This document shows positions 50,504 to 63,106 of a stretch of 64,000 nucleotides of DNA, one piece after another. Origin of the DNA: Chara braunii (lineage: Eukaryota; Plantae; Charophyceae); assembly GCA_003427395.1 (NCBI GenBank), contig BFEA01000045.1, positions 1,811,522-1,875,521 on the forward strand, given 5' to 3'. Positions within the stretch are counted from its first letter, which is position 1; every line of letters starts with the position of its first letter. The position numbers were made by a program, and so were the translations under genes. A model generated the notes under the pieces. It was not told the DNA's origin. It saw only the letters and a program-made list of their open reading frames with translations, and made no database searches.

Positions 50504-53500
50504 ATGTCTTCTTCGAGGGGCGAGGTGGAGCCAACAGGGACCTCCGGGAGGGAATCGGGAAAAGATTCCACGAGGCGAAGTCGAAATGGTTCATCGATTG
50601 GTGATGTGGAGACGCTTCCAGCCCCACTGCGCAGCCATGTGGTCTTGTCATCTTCGTCGATGACAACAAAAGGCGTAGAGTGGTTGGGGCCGTCTTGCGG
50701 TGGGAGGACATGAAGGGGGGCCGACGACATTTTTATATGCAAAACGTTTATGGCCCCAAGGGCAACGTCGTTGCCAATTCGAAAGGGGCGCTGTTGGACC
50801 TCGAATTGTGTGAGGGGTTCGGAGCGGGTGCTGTGAACACCCCGTTCTACAGAGAACTCGTTCTCGGGGGCGGTTTTATTTTGGCGCGTGAATTTTTCGA
50901 CATGTTGGAGGACAAGAACATGATTCTCGACGTCCCCTGCGACGTCGGCCCCTCCCAAGAGCTCTCGTTGCCATTACGGTTGTGCGGCGGTTGTGAGTCA
51001 AGCGGGGCAGCGGCGGAGGGCGGTGATCTGGGTTCTGCTCGCTACTCAGCTGCACCGTGGCGAGAGCCGAGGTCAGTTCGACGACAACGAGGATGAGGGG
51101 CGTGCTCCGCCGTTGAGGGACACGCAACGGTCTGTGTTGTCTATTCCTGGGGTCCTGACTGACGCTCCGGTTCGACAGGAGAGTACGGCACCTGCAGGAA
51201 AGGTGGCAGCCTCTTTGAAGGTTGACTTGGAGACGAGCAAGGGCCTGGGTGTGGAGGAGGGAACCGCGGGTGGCCTGGGCACGCAAGGCACTCCACAGAA
51301 GAGGAGGGGGGATCGTACAGACGAGTTCGCCGGTTCTTCGAAGAAATTAAAGAGCAAGGCCCCGAGGTTGCGGGGGAGAAACGCAAGGGGTCCGAGGGAG
51401 AGCAGGGCCGGCAGGGTGCCAAACGTCCGGCTTCGAAACAGAAGCAGCCTGCATTTGGACCATCTTCTCCACCGACGCCAAGGCCTCCCATCGACGTTGA
51501 CGCCTTGTACTTCCTCGAGTACAAAGACGGCGTTCGGACAAAGCGGGAGTTCGAGATTAGCCCTGCGCAGGTCGTCGACCTCGGGGAGTGGGAGGACCTG
51601 TACAACCAGCGGTCCCTGGATCCCGTGCTCGTGGAAGGGATCAAAGAAGCGATGCGGTTGGCGATCGAAAACAAAGAGCAGTCTTACGAGTTGCCAACCC
51701 TGAAGCTGGCACCGCTGAGGCTTGATAAACCGACTATCGGGACCAAGGCACAACGTCTGAGGCTGGAGGATTGGAGGGATGATCTGGCGGGACAATACTA
51801 CTACTACGCGGTGTGTGGGCAACACAACGCGGCTGCAGCGAGGTCGCTGCTCGGCAGCGTGGTGACTAGAAAGTACAATTTCGAGTGGTGGTCGGCACGA
51901 ATGGTGTACTTTTCGGAGTACGACTTCGAAGGGTACTTCCTTGTCAGTTCCTAGGACAACAAGAAGGACGTGAAGGCGCACCCGAGACAGCTAAAGCTGT
52001 CAATGAAAGACATTAGGTGGCAGTGGAAGCGCAACGGTTGCCCGCGGGCTGTTATGGGGAACCCCAACGGAAAACAGGATCAGGTCCGGAAGTGGCGTGA
52101 ATTTTGTAATGTCGCGCTCGATATGACGCTGCACAACAACTTGTGGATTCTGGCAGATCAGAAGGGCGAGGACGCCATCAAGAAGCAAGGCGCTGCCCTG
52201 CGTTCCTATTTCCCACTGGCGATGGCAGGGGAGAACGTCTGGAAACTGGCCGTCGAGTTTTTTGAGAAATGAGAGACAGGTAGATTGCTCGGCCACAACG
52301 GCGCAAAGTGGATCATGCGGAAGAAGAAAGTCAAAAACGTGAAGCCCGGGGCTGCCTACATCGACAACGACAAGCTGGGCAGGAAGGAGGTCGAGTACAA
52401 TGTCCCTGTGGACCTGCCAACAAAGAAAGGCAAAAAGGAGAAAGAGGAGGGCGACTAATTCGTGCAAGTGCCTGAGCCGGACGCACATTGTTGAAAAGCG
52501 ATGGAGTCGCTAACCGACAACGAGAAGTGTTGTGTCATGAAGAAGGTGCTCGCTTGCGAGGTGGTTTGGGTCGAGGCCGGCTCCCTGGCGTTGGTGAAGC
52601 TCGGAAAGTTGAGCGTCTAGGAGATGGTGCATTTGGTGAAGTGTGACCGTGTGCTAGTGCGTCTGTGGAACTACTACCAGTTCAGGCACGACAAGAGCCC
52701 GGACGCGGATTGGAGCCAGAAGTGCCCGTTCCTGAACATAAGGTTCACAATTTTCAAGAAGTTCGAGAGCCGTGGTTTGGATACTGAGTTGTGGGACGAC
52801 AGCAGGAAATACGTCATTGACTCCTCGTTGTTCAAGGACTGCCCGCCTTACATGGGTTGCGACGCCGACCAATCGATCCAGGCGACGGAGAAGTTAGCCG
52901 GTCACAAGAAGTTGTCCGTGGACTGGAGGAATAAGGTCCTGTCCGTGTTGACTGGCAGTAGACTAAAGAGTCGCGAGATCGCGCTTGCCGAAGGCATTGT
53001 GCACATAAAATGGAAAGACACGGGCGACGTGACATCCATCGCGTCGTTCGACAACGACCCCTTGGAGGCGGACATCAGGAGTGCGGAGGTGAAGGAGGCA
53101 GTGGTTGCCACAAAGAGCCACACGTTCGTCCTCGATCTCTGCGAACCGGTGGACCTGAAGCTGTGGAAATCGCAAGCGTTCGACAGTCTGGATTCCCAAC
53201 TTCAGATGTGGTGTCCGTCGCATTGGACGCTCGTCGTTTTCGTGTCGCGCCAACAGAACCTCTCGTTTCTGACCAGCATGAACCATCTTTCTTTCGTAAA
53301 GCTGCTGGAAGGGAAGTGGGTGAGGAGGAATCATCAGAAGAAAAGTTTCCCCGTCGGGAACAATTTGTACACGGAAGACGATCGGATGTACATCCTCTTC
53401 AAAGGTGACGAGTTGCGCACTAACACGTCCATCGTCTACGAGGGGAAACTGGTGGCAGGCAATGCTGCTGCAGTGCGGCTGCCACAGAAGGTTACGCAAA

Positions 53501-56140
53501 TGGATGTGTCCGACATTCCGTTCAACCCTTGCGACTGGTCGCATACCTCGCCTGCACGTCGGGGCAGTGTGTACGGGGACATGGAACGCAACCCCGCCCA
53601 ATTCGTCAATCTTCTTGAATCCATCAACAAGAAGGGGGAGGGTGTAGTCTTCCTTGGGAAGCCACACGCGCGATCCGTGTGGGAACTACTGAAGGCAGGA
53701 CGACACGTCATCGCGATGGAAGGGAACGCCGACCTGTTGCAATTTGCAATTGATCTCGTCAAAAGCGAGGTCAATTCAGGTGCCCACAATTGCGAGTTCA
53801 TGGTCGTCAACGGGACTCGGGCTCACACGTGGAACAACAAGACGGACATATGGTTCAAGTTGATTGCGAGGAAGCGGAACAAGATATACGACTTCTTGCT
53901 CCTGCAAACGCGGCCGAAGAAGGACACTGACGCCGAGTACGTGCGCCGCAAGGACCACATGTTCACGCTGCTCGACAACTACCACGGCGCCTCCCGTATG
54001 AATGGGAAGACCTTCCTCGAGAGGTTGCAGTCCCTGTACTTCGTGGAGTCAGAGAAGGAGTTGACGTTCGACAGTTACTCTTCCTTGATCTCCACGGAAG
54101 ACGAGGAGACCACCGGCATCGAGTTCGACGCGAATGTGAACGAGGAGGGCAGCGACACCGAAAGCCTCAACCTGCAATACTACCCACATCCCGCGCAGCA
54201 CGCTACAGGGTTGTCCTTGGAAGGTCCGTCAACAAGCCCGACATCCCTCGTGTCACCGATGGTGAAACAGGCGCCTGACACTACCCCGATGAAGTTGCTG
54301 GAGAGACTGCAAGCTCTGGCCTCCGACCATCGCACACTGCGTCCCGGGTCTGACATCCCGCCCGATCATCTGTCTTGGAAGAATGACAACATTCACTTCC
54401 TGCCTGAGCCTCAAAGTCATTCCCCTGAGGTGGACTGGGGCCATGACATGATTTGGCATCCAGGAGTCATCCAGCCAGCGATCCGAAAGGGCGACTGGAT
54501 CATGGACGTCGCTGTCCTGGGCGGAGGATGGATGCCCCTCCCTCGCGGGTCGAAGTCGAACTTCCTCGACGTCTCTAGAATTGCAGTGCTTCAAAAAGTG
54601 AGGGCCGAGAATGACTCGTTTGCACCCAACGACGTGTCCGTCATTTCCACAGCTGGGCGATTGTTCAACGAACTTCGGGACAAGCGCTGGTTGGAACTGA
54701 CGGAGGACTACTACGACCTCGATACGATTCCCTCGAAGGGAAGGGTGGACTGGAAAATCCCACCTCCAGGTGGGACGCATGTGAGTTTGGGGCCCGAGGA
54801 TCAGACGGTGGGGAGGACGAGGGCAACAAGGTTGAGGGTGGCAAAGGAGTCCCGCCTGGTTCGGAGGGCGGGTCTCACGGCGACACCACGACAGTGGAAG
54901 GCAGTGGTGGGGTGGCGGGGGAGGCCTTCGGGCGTCAGCAGTCTACCGGTCCCGGTCCGGAGGCCTCGACACAGTCCGTCGTCGTGCCCACTTCCGGCTC
55001 GGTGATGGCAGCCTTGGTTGCTCTCCGTGGCGGCTCGGGCGAAACGCGCAAGTCCGCCGTGATCCGAACTTCAATGCTTGCGGAGCGGACACAGAGGACG
55101 GACGCGCAGAGCTGGTCTAAAGCGGGGGTGTCGAGTCGTGATCCCAAAATTGACAGCGGTGAGGTGAGGGACGGGAATGCGCCGCCTGAGGGGGATCGAC
55201 GACTGCTTCGGTCGGAGTGAGGGGGTACATGTGGAGGGCCCTGCGACAGGAAGACGGCGAAGTTCGCCGGGATCCGAACTTCTTCAGGCAAGGGGGGCCG
55301 ACCAGGGATTGCGGTGCCGGCGGGAGGGGCTGCGTGCGTGGAGCCAGAAGGGCATTCGTCGGAATTCGACATGGGTTCGGGCGAAGTGGCTGGATTGCAA
55401 GGGACGGAGGCAGGGTAATGGACGAAGAGAAGGAAGGAGAGGAAGGAGACAAAGGGGAGGAATGGGAGGAAGGAGGGGACGAAGGGGAGGAAGAAGAGGA
55501 GGAAGGGGAGGAAGGGGGAGAAACGGAGTTGGGTGAGTTGTTCGGAGGGAAGGAGGGGGGAAAAGGGGAAGTCGGTACTGGAGACGACGGACGGACGTTC
55601 CGCGACGACGATTCCGGATCTGGGGAGTCGTCTGACGGATTCCGGCAGCTGTACGGAGAACATCGCGAGGAAGACGACGACGACGATGACACGACACAGG
55701 TGGTTACCAGCCTTTCGGCAGAGCGTGATGACTATGAGGGCCAAGCAATGACGTCTGTCGTTGATCTCCAACACCGGTTCAACGAGGCTCGTGTTGCTGT
55801 CAGCCTGTCTAAACCGAGTGTCTGTATAGACGTCGAAGAAGTTATCGATGGCATCCTGGGTGACCACCACATGTCCGCGCAGCCGTCCTCGACGCCTGAT
55901 GTCGACGACCCTCGCAACATCAAACCTTCCGCGACATCTGCCGTGGCTTTCTCGCCGCCGAACTCTCCGATACTGCCACCGACCATCGCCAGAGGAGGGG
56001 AAGGTGAGATCGGGGGACGACAACATGTCACGTCCCCGAAAAAAACTAGGGTTGGCACTCAAGCTCTCGACGTGCTGGCCTTGCCCGCGCCAACTTCACC
56101 GATGAAGGAGCGGAGGGACAAAACGGTTGGTAAGCTGTGA
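50504..56140 (+). pseudogene. large multidomain protein: ParB/Srx-like domain, degenerate beta-class N6A/N4C DNA methyltransferase-like domain, acidic tail
   Basis: One frame ~51361-54780 with 5 stops (51952, 52270, 52456, 52492, 52618). ParB-like 51553-51960: YNQRSLDPVLVEGIKEAM..YYAVCGQHNAAAARSL. MTase-like 53116-53772: ERNPAQFVNLLESINKKGEGVVFLG..AGRHVIAMEGNADLLQFA. Confidence 0.65.
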
Positions 56141-56525
56141 CAAACGCCACTCTGTCTGCGCGCCCGGCCTCCCAAGAGCGAGAGTGCGGCTTCCTTCGTA
56201 GTCCGGATCTCGGCGGCCTAGGTTCAGTACCATAAACAAAGGGAGTGACCGCAGTTTCTGCCGATGCGGGGAGTTCCTGATGCCGGCATACTACAGACAC
56301 CACTCCTTCCAACTTCCAAGTACATGTGAACGACCTTCCTGTGAGTCGGCCAGGTCATTTGTCGTGTGCAGGGCATACGAGACAAAAACATGTGTGTTTT
56401 TGTTGAAGCGTTCCCTCACAAAATGGAATGATGGTGTTTCTTTTTCGGAATGAGTGGTGGTTTTAGTCCGCCGGGATCCGCACTTCCAAGGCCGATGCGT
56501 AATGTGGTTACTCTTTGTGTGCCTC

Positions 56526-57150
56526 GATTGGAAAAAGTCCGCCGGGATCCTGACTTCGGAAATATTTGGCCTCCGCGTTTGTGGCTTGTTGTGGTTTTCC
56601 CTTCTGAAGGGCGGGGGTGTCGAGCGCGAACGCACTACTCCTTTTGTTTTTCAGCGGGGCTGGCGCAGAAGTCTTTTCTCTCTCTCATGGTTAAACAGGG
56701 TTCTGTAATTAGATAGGTCCTGCGTCTTTTACATTTCGTGGTTCTTAAATTGTCATTTTCGTCGGATTCGTCTTGGAATACGTATATTCATTTTTCGTTT
56801 TGTCTTCCTTCGGTTGTACAGGGGTAGGGTCATCTCCCTGGATTGGAAAAAGTCCGTCGGGATCCGAACTTCGGAGATGTTTGGCTTCCGCTTCTGTGGC
56901 TTGTTGTAGTTTTCCCTTCTGAAGGGCGGGGGTGTCGAGCTTGAATGCATAGGTCGTTTTGTTTTCCAGCGGGACTCACGCGAAAGTTCTCTCTCTCGCA
57001 ATCTCATGACAAAACGGGGTTCTGTAATTGCATAGGTCCTGCGTCTTTTAGATTTCGTGGTTCTTTAATTGTCCTTTCGTCGGGTTCGTCTTCGGAAACG
57101 TGTATTCATTTTTCGTTTTGCCTTTCTTCTGTTGTACAGAGGTAGGGTCA
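56526..57150. repeat. 315-bp tandem duplication
   Basis: gattggaaaaagtccg..ggtagggtcatctc starting at 56526 and 56841. Confidence 0.9.
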
Positions 57151-57603
57151 TCTCGAACACGGAGGCCCTCGAAATATCCGGAACACATGTTGCACACAGT
57201 CCCGGGGTTGAGGACAAAACACAAGGACATGTTAAAGGCGTCAGGGGTTGATGTCGAAATCGGGAAGAAGGAGCATGCCATTGCCATTGAGAAGTGTCTT
57301 TTCCTTCTGCCCCCAGAGAAAGAGACATATCCACGATCTATGACTAAGGGTCAGGCCATGTATGAGAAATACTTAGCTACTCGTCGTGCGATGAAGGAGA
57401 ATCCTTAGAATTCTGTTTCTCACATCCCCCCCTGTCCTTTGCTCGATGTTGTGCAGTACGGGCAATGACACCTGGAACAGGCTGGGGAGGATTTACTGCA
57501 GTGACTGCGATTGGAAGCTTGCGGGTTTTGGACGATATTAAACGAGGCTTGGTGCCACCTAACACTGTTCTCTCGACCCTCGACGATGGTCAGTTGCGAA
57601 TTG
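57139..57603 (+). pseudogene. start of a further cargo ORF, truncated
   Basis: Acceptor-like ttctgttgtacag followed by ORF pieces 57100-57408 and 57465-57674; no domain recognised. Confidence 0.3.
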
Positions 57604-57799
57604 AAGCAAAAGATATTCTCACCCTCTCGCTTACCAACAGCACGCTCATGGCTCATGGACGCAACCAAGTTTGAAACGGAATGTCATCATGTGAGAGTTG
57701 AGCCATGCATCATGATGTGAGTGAGACTTGCTCAAACACATGCTCATGGCTCATGAATGTCATCAAGTTTGAAACGGAATGCCATTATCTGCTATGTGA

Positions 57800-58741
57800 G
57801 TGGAAAGCACAAGCTAGGCTAGTTCAAAACACAAGTCTTCAACATGAGATCATCCACGGAAGAATCGGAGCACTTCCTACTAGCATGTGAGTGAAAAGCA
57901 AGAGATATTGTAGACCAAATCACAAGTTTTGAGCATGAGATTATCCATGGAAGAATCGGAGCACTACCTTCTAGCATGTGAGTGAAAAGCAAGAGATAGA
58001 GTAGACCAAATCACAAGTTTGGAGCATGAGATCATCCATGGAAGAATCGGAGCACTACCTACTAGCATGTGAGTGAAAAGCAAGAGATAGAGTAGACCAA
58101 ATTATAAGTTTTGAGCATGAGATTATCCNNNNNNNNNNNNNNNNNNNNNNNNNNNNNNNNNNNNNNNNNNNNNNNNNNNNNNNNNNNNNNNNNNNNNNNN
58201 NNNNNNNNNNNNNNNNNNNNNNNNNNNNNNNNNNNNNNNNNNNNNNNNNNNNNNNNNNNNNNNNNNNNNNNNNNNNNNNNNNNNNNNNNNNNNNNNNNNN
58301 NNNNNNNNNNNNNNNNNNNNNNNNNNNNNNNNNNNNNNNNNNNNNNNNNNNNNNNNNNNNNNNNNNNNNNNNNNNNNNNNNNNNNNNNNNNNNNNNNNNN
58401 NNNNNNNNNNNNNNNNNNNNNNNNNNNNNNNNNNNNNNNNNNNNNNNNNNNNNNNNNNNNNNNNNNNNNNNNNNNNNNNNNNNNNNNNNNNNNNNNNNNN
58501 NNNNNNNNNNNNNNNNNNNNNNNNNNNNNNNNNNNNNNNNNNNNNNNNNNNNNNNNNNNNNNNNNNNNNNNNNNNNNNNNNNNNNNNNNNNNNNNNNNNN
58601 NNNNNNNNNNNNNNNNNNNNNNNNNNNNNNNNNNNNNNNNNNNNNNNNCAAATCACAAGTTTTGAGCATGAGATCATCCATGGAAGAATCGGAGCACTAC
58701 CTACTAGCATGTGAGTGAAAAGCAAGAGATAGAGTAGACCA
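57800..58741. repeat. 91-bp tandem satellite spanning an N gap
   Basis: catgagat.atcca at 57843, 57934, 58025, 58116 (period 91); resumes at 58649. Confidence 0.9.
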
Positions 58742-58970
58742 AAGAGAAGAAGAAGAGGAAGAAGAAGTAGAAGAAGATGAAGAAGAAGAAGAGGAAGAAG
58801 AAAAGAAGGAGAAAGGGAAGAAGAAGAAGAAGAAGGAAGATAAGAGAAGAAGGAGGAGAAGAAGAAGAACAAGAAGAAAAAAATGAAGAAGGAGAAGAAA
58901 AAGAAGAAGAATGGAGAAGAAGAAGAAGAAGAAGAAGAAGAAGAAGAAGAAGAAGAAGAGGGAGAAGGAA
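58742..58970. repeat. (GAA)n-rich low-complexity tract (similar tract at 63540-63680)
   Basis: Direct reading. Confidence 0.9.
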
Positions 58971-60305
58971 AATCTTCTTCCTCCAACTCACCTTGTTGAT
59001 GTCTTGGAGATGTAGTCTCAACCTTGATGAGGCTTTTTCCTCCTTGCACAAATACTTCCTTGGCTATTACTTCCTTCTTCCTCAAGTCTCTCTCTCCTTT
59101 CTCTCTCTTTTTACCCAAGCTAGGGCAAACTCCTCTCACTATGGCTATGGAGTCCTCCCCTCTAGGAGGGCTAATGAGACTCCCTCTAGCCTCTCTCTCC
59201 TCCTCACACCCTGGGGGGCTATGGCGGATCACCTCTCCTAGTGCCAGCCTCACCACCATTAGCCTCTAGAGATCCTCTTCCTAGCTCATAGTCTCCTCTA
59301 AGCTCTCAAACTGGCATGGGTTTCCTTCTCCTTTCTCCAAGTGAAAGAGTGTTCCTATGAGCTCACTTGGGCAACATGGGCACTCCTCATACAATTGTGA
59401 ATGTGACGGACTGAATTCCCAACTTATGTAGGCTAAAACCAGCAGTCCGGCCAGCCTATGGGCCTCCCCATGTGCCTTGAGGTGAACCGAGGTACCCTCA
59501 AGGCAAAATTTCACTATTAGGCCCTTCCGGAGGTACCCGGGCCTCATTTTGGCCAAGTACATGCAGTCCGAGTGGTTGGTACCAACTCGGATTGCCTCTT
59601 GGCCTCCTTCGGCCTCCTTTTCATTTCCAAAATGCTGCCCCCTTGGGTCCTAATGCCCAAGGGGCAACTTTACTTGAGATAAAAAAAACCTAGTGGGCCA
59701 TTTTCTCGATTTTTTCAGTTTCTATCCCATTTTGGGTAGGCCGAGATATTTTCCCATGCAGCGGTGTATTTTTAGCCTTGGATCTGGCTGAGATTCAAGA
59801 CGAACAATATTCCGTGTCGCCCCCAAGTAGCCCGTGCTTCAAATTTGAGCCCCTAAGTCCACTTTTTCAATTTTTACTGCATCTAAATTCTCGGTCGCGG
59901 ACCTTCAACCTGAGGTTCCCGTTAATTATCGTAGGTGGTCCATGTCGGCCCTTATTCTCTAACGTCCCACGGCCTCCGGTGCCATCCACCTCTCGACTTC
60001 CTCATTCTTTTGTCGCCGTTGTGCCGTGTTCGGCGGGTCAATGACCCCTTGGCCTTAGTTTTGCTGAATTCTGATGGCCCTCCTGACCTCATGCTATGTT
60101 CCAGGTGCGCTTACTTGCTTGCCGTCGCTGGTTCTTTCCCCGACAGTTCCCAACCAAGGGCATCATCCCTGTCGATGGCCTAGTCCTTTGTCTTTTCTCT
60201 ATCTTACCTCCTTACTCTAGATTTCTCTATCGTGCACAATCTGGCTATATACAGTCTCTCGAGTGACGGGATGTTATTCGGGACCCACCAGTCCCGACAA
60301 CGGGA

Positions 60306-60437
60306 CACGAAATGAAAAACGAAACGAGTGCATCTTCCTGCAGAAAATGGACAGGTTCATCGGTTGGCTGTAAATAGTAACGAGCGTATTTTGTCACCTT
60401 TTGTGGGCAGATGCACTCGTTTCGTTTTCATTTCGTG
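60306..60437 (+). other. long fold-back hairpin (~46-bp stem, ~38-nt loop), pre-miRNA-like or tiny MITE
   Basis: cacgaaatgaaaaacgaaacgagtgcatct..gaca pairs with tgtc..agatgcactcgtttcgttttcatttcgtg. Confidence 0.75.
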
Positions 60438-60456
60438 CGTCGTGCGGCGATACCCT

Positions 60457-63106
60457 ATCACCAAGTGCAAGAATGGACAAAGCATGAGTGTGACTAATGA
60501 AAACATAGGCATGTGGCTAGTTGAATACCCAAGGATGAATCAGACTATCACAAAATGCAAAAATTGACAAAGCATGAGTTTCACTAACGAAAACACAACT
60601 ATTTTACTAGTTGAACAACCAAGGATGAATCAGATTATCACCAAGTGCAAGAGTGGTCAAAGCACGACGGTTACCTATGAATCCCCCCCGGAGGCGGCCA
60701 TGCGCGACCCCGCGGCCATAACCGAAGCCCGCGGCCATGGAAAAAATATATATATATATATTTAAAAAAAAATGTTATGCAGAAACATATACTGAACAAC
60801 TTTTGCCTTGTGGTTCATATCCAAAAACTTTCCTGAATTTAAAATAAAAAAACACATAAGTTTCATAGTTTTTTCTTAGAAAAAAAAAAAAAAAGCATTT
60901 GCCTCAGGAAAATTAGTTTTTTGAATTTTTTAAATTAAAAAACGAAGTCAAAAAATAAAATAAAACATTGCGCAATTTACATCTCGAAAACATCTACAAC
61001 CCTATATTTTTTGTTTTTTTGTTTTAGACTTTTTTAAAGTCCAAGCAAAATCCTCAAAGTCGCGACCGCACCCAACCACGACCGGAGCTGTGGCGGCCGT
61101 GATCACAGCCGCCCTCCGAGCTCGACCGCGTCCGCGGGTGTTTCATAGAGGGTGACTAATGAAAACACAAGCATGTGACTAGTTGAATAACCAAGGATGA
61201 ATCGGACTATGACCAAGTGCAAGAATGGACAAAGCATGAGTGTGACACAAGCATGCGACTAGTTGAACAACCAAGAATGAATCAGACTATCACCAAGTGC
61301 AAGAATTGACAAAGCATGAGTGTGACTAATGAAAATACAAGCATGTGACCAGTTGAACAACCAAGGATGACTCGGACTAGCACCAAGTGCAAGAATGGAC
61401 TAAGCATGAGTGTGTCACAAGCATTTGACTACTTGAACANNNNNNNNNNNNNNNNNNNNNNNNNNNNNNNNNNNNNNNNNNNNNNNNNNNNNNNNNNNNN
61501 NNNNNNNNNNNNNNNNNNNNNNNNNNNNNNNNNNNNNNNNNNNNNNNNNNNNNNNNNNNGACTAGCACCAAGTGCAAGAATGGACTAAGCATGAGTGTGA
61601 CACAAGCATTTGACTACTTGAACACCCAAGGATGAATCGGAGTATCACCAAGTGCAAGAATGGACAAAGCATGAGTGTGACACAAACATGTGACTAGTTG
61701 AACAACCAAGGATAAATCGGACAATCACCAAATGCAAGAATGGACAAAGCATGAGTGTGACACAAGCATGTGACTAGTTGAACAACCAAGGATGAATCGG
61801 ACTATCACCAAGTGCAGTAATTGACAAAGCATCAGTGCGACAAAAGCATGTGACTAGTTGAACAACCAAGGATGAATTGGACTATCACCAAGTCAAGAAT
61901 TGACAAAGCATGAATGTGACACATGCATGTAACTAGTTGACCAGCCAACGATGAATCGGACTATCACGAAGTGCAAGAATTGACAAAGCAAGAGTGTGAT
62001 ACAAACATGTGACAAGTTGAACAGCTAAGGATGAATCGGGCTATCACGAAGTGGAAGAGTGGACAAAGCATGAGTGTGACTAATGAAAACACAAGCATGT
62101 GATTAGTTGAACAGCCAAGGATGAATCAGACTGTCACCAAGTGCAAAAATGACAAAGCATGAGTGTGACACAAGCCTGTGACTAGTTGAACAGCCAGGGA
62201 TGAATCAGACTATCGCCAAGTGCAAGAATAGACAAAGCATTAGTGTGACATAAGCATGTGACTAGTTGAACAACCAAGGATGAATCGGACTATCACTAAG
62301 TGCAAGAAGTATGAGTGTGACACAAGCATGTAACTAGTTGAATAACCAAGCATGAATCGGACTATCACCATGTGCAAGAATAGATAAAACCACTAGTGTG
62401 ACACAAGCATGTGACTAGTTGAACAGCCAAGGATGAATCGGACTATCACCAAGTACAAGAATTGACAAAGCATGATTGTGACACGAGCATGTGACTAGTT
62501 GAAAAACCAAGGATGAATCGGGCTATCGCCAACTGCAAGAGTCGACAAAGTATAAGTGTGACTAATGAAAACACAACCATGTGACTAGCTGAACAGCCAA
62601 GGATGAATCGGAGTATCACCAAGTGCAAGAATAGACAAAGCATGAGTGTGACACAAACATGTGACTAGTTGAATAACCAAGGATGAATCGGAGTATCACC
62701 AAGTAGAAGAATAGACAAAGCATGAGTGTGACACAAGCCAAGGATGGAGCAGACTATCACCAAGTGCACGAACGGTTAAAGCATGAGGGTGACACAAGAA
62801 TGTGGCTAGTTGAACAACCAAGGATGAATCGGACTATTACCAAGTGAAAGAAGGATAAAGCATGACTGTGACACAAGCGTGTAACTAGTTGAACAACCTA
62901 GGATGAATCGGATTATCACCAAGTGGAAGAATGGACAAAGCATGATTGTAATACAAACATGTGATTAGTTGAACAGCCAAGGATGAATCGGACTATCACC
63001 AGGTGCAAGAATGAACAAAGCGTGAGTGTGACACAAGCATGTGACTAGTTGAATAGGCAAGGATGAATCGGCCTATCACCAAGTGCAAGAATGGACAAAG
63101 CATGAG
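60457..63106. repeat. 80-bp satellite with a 90-bp variant (extra taatgaaaac)
   Basis: atcaccaagtgcaagaatggacaaagcatgagtgtgacacaagcatgtgactagttgaacaaccaaggatgaatcggact; period 80 at 61644/61724/61804. Confidence 0.95.
60668..61148 (+). mobile_element. MITE-like insertion into the satellite
   Basis: Interrupts one satellite unit (aaagcacga|gggtgactaatg); ctatgaa/ttcatag inverted ends, GC-rich termini, AT-rich core. Confidence 0.7.

Larger units (their letters stand above)
39744..57600 (+). mobile_element. large GC-rich inserted element, possibly a CACTA/EnSpm-type DNA transposon; right end not found
   Basis: Begins CACTG at a composition break; unified by ~30 copies of a 22-bp palindrome; no transposase or right TIR recognised. 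Confidence 0.45.

Noticed and set aside
52831-52857. DCPPY as proof of an active methyltransferase
   Set aside because: It lies too far upstream of the other MTase motifs and the SAM-binding FxGxG is degenerate; this copy is also a pseudogene
51073-56062. Long antisense ORFs (302, 234 and 375 aa)
   Set aside because: Shadow frames of a GC3-rich plus-strand gene with no independent motifs
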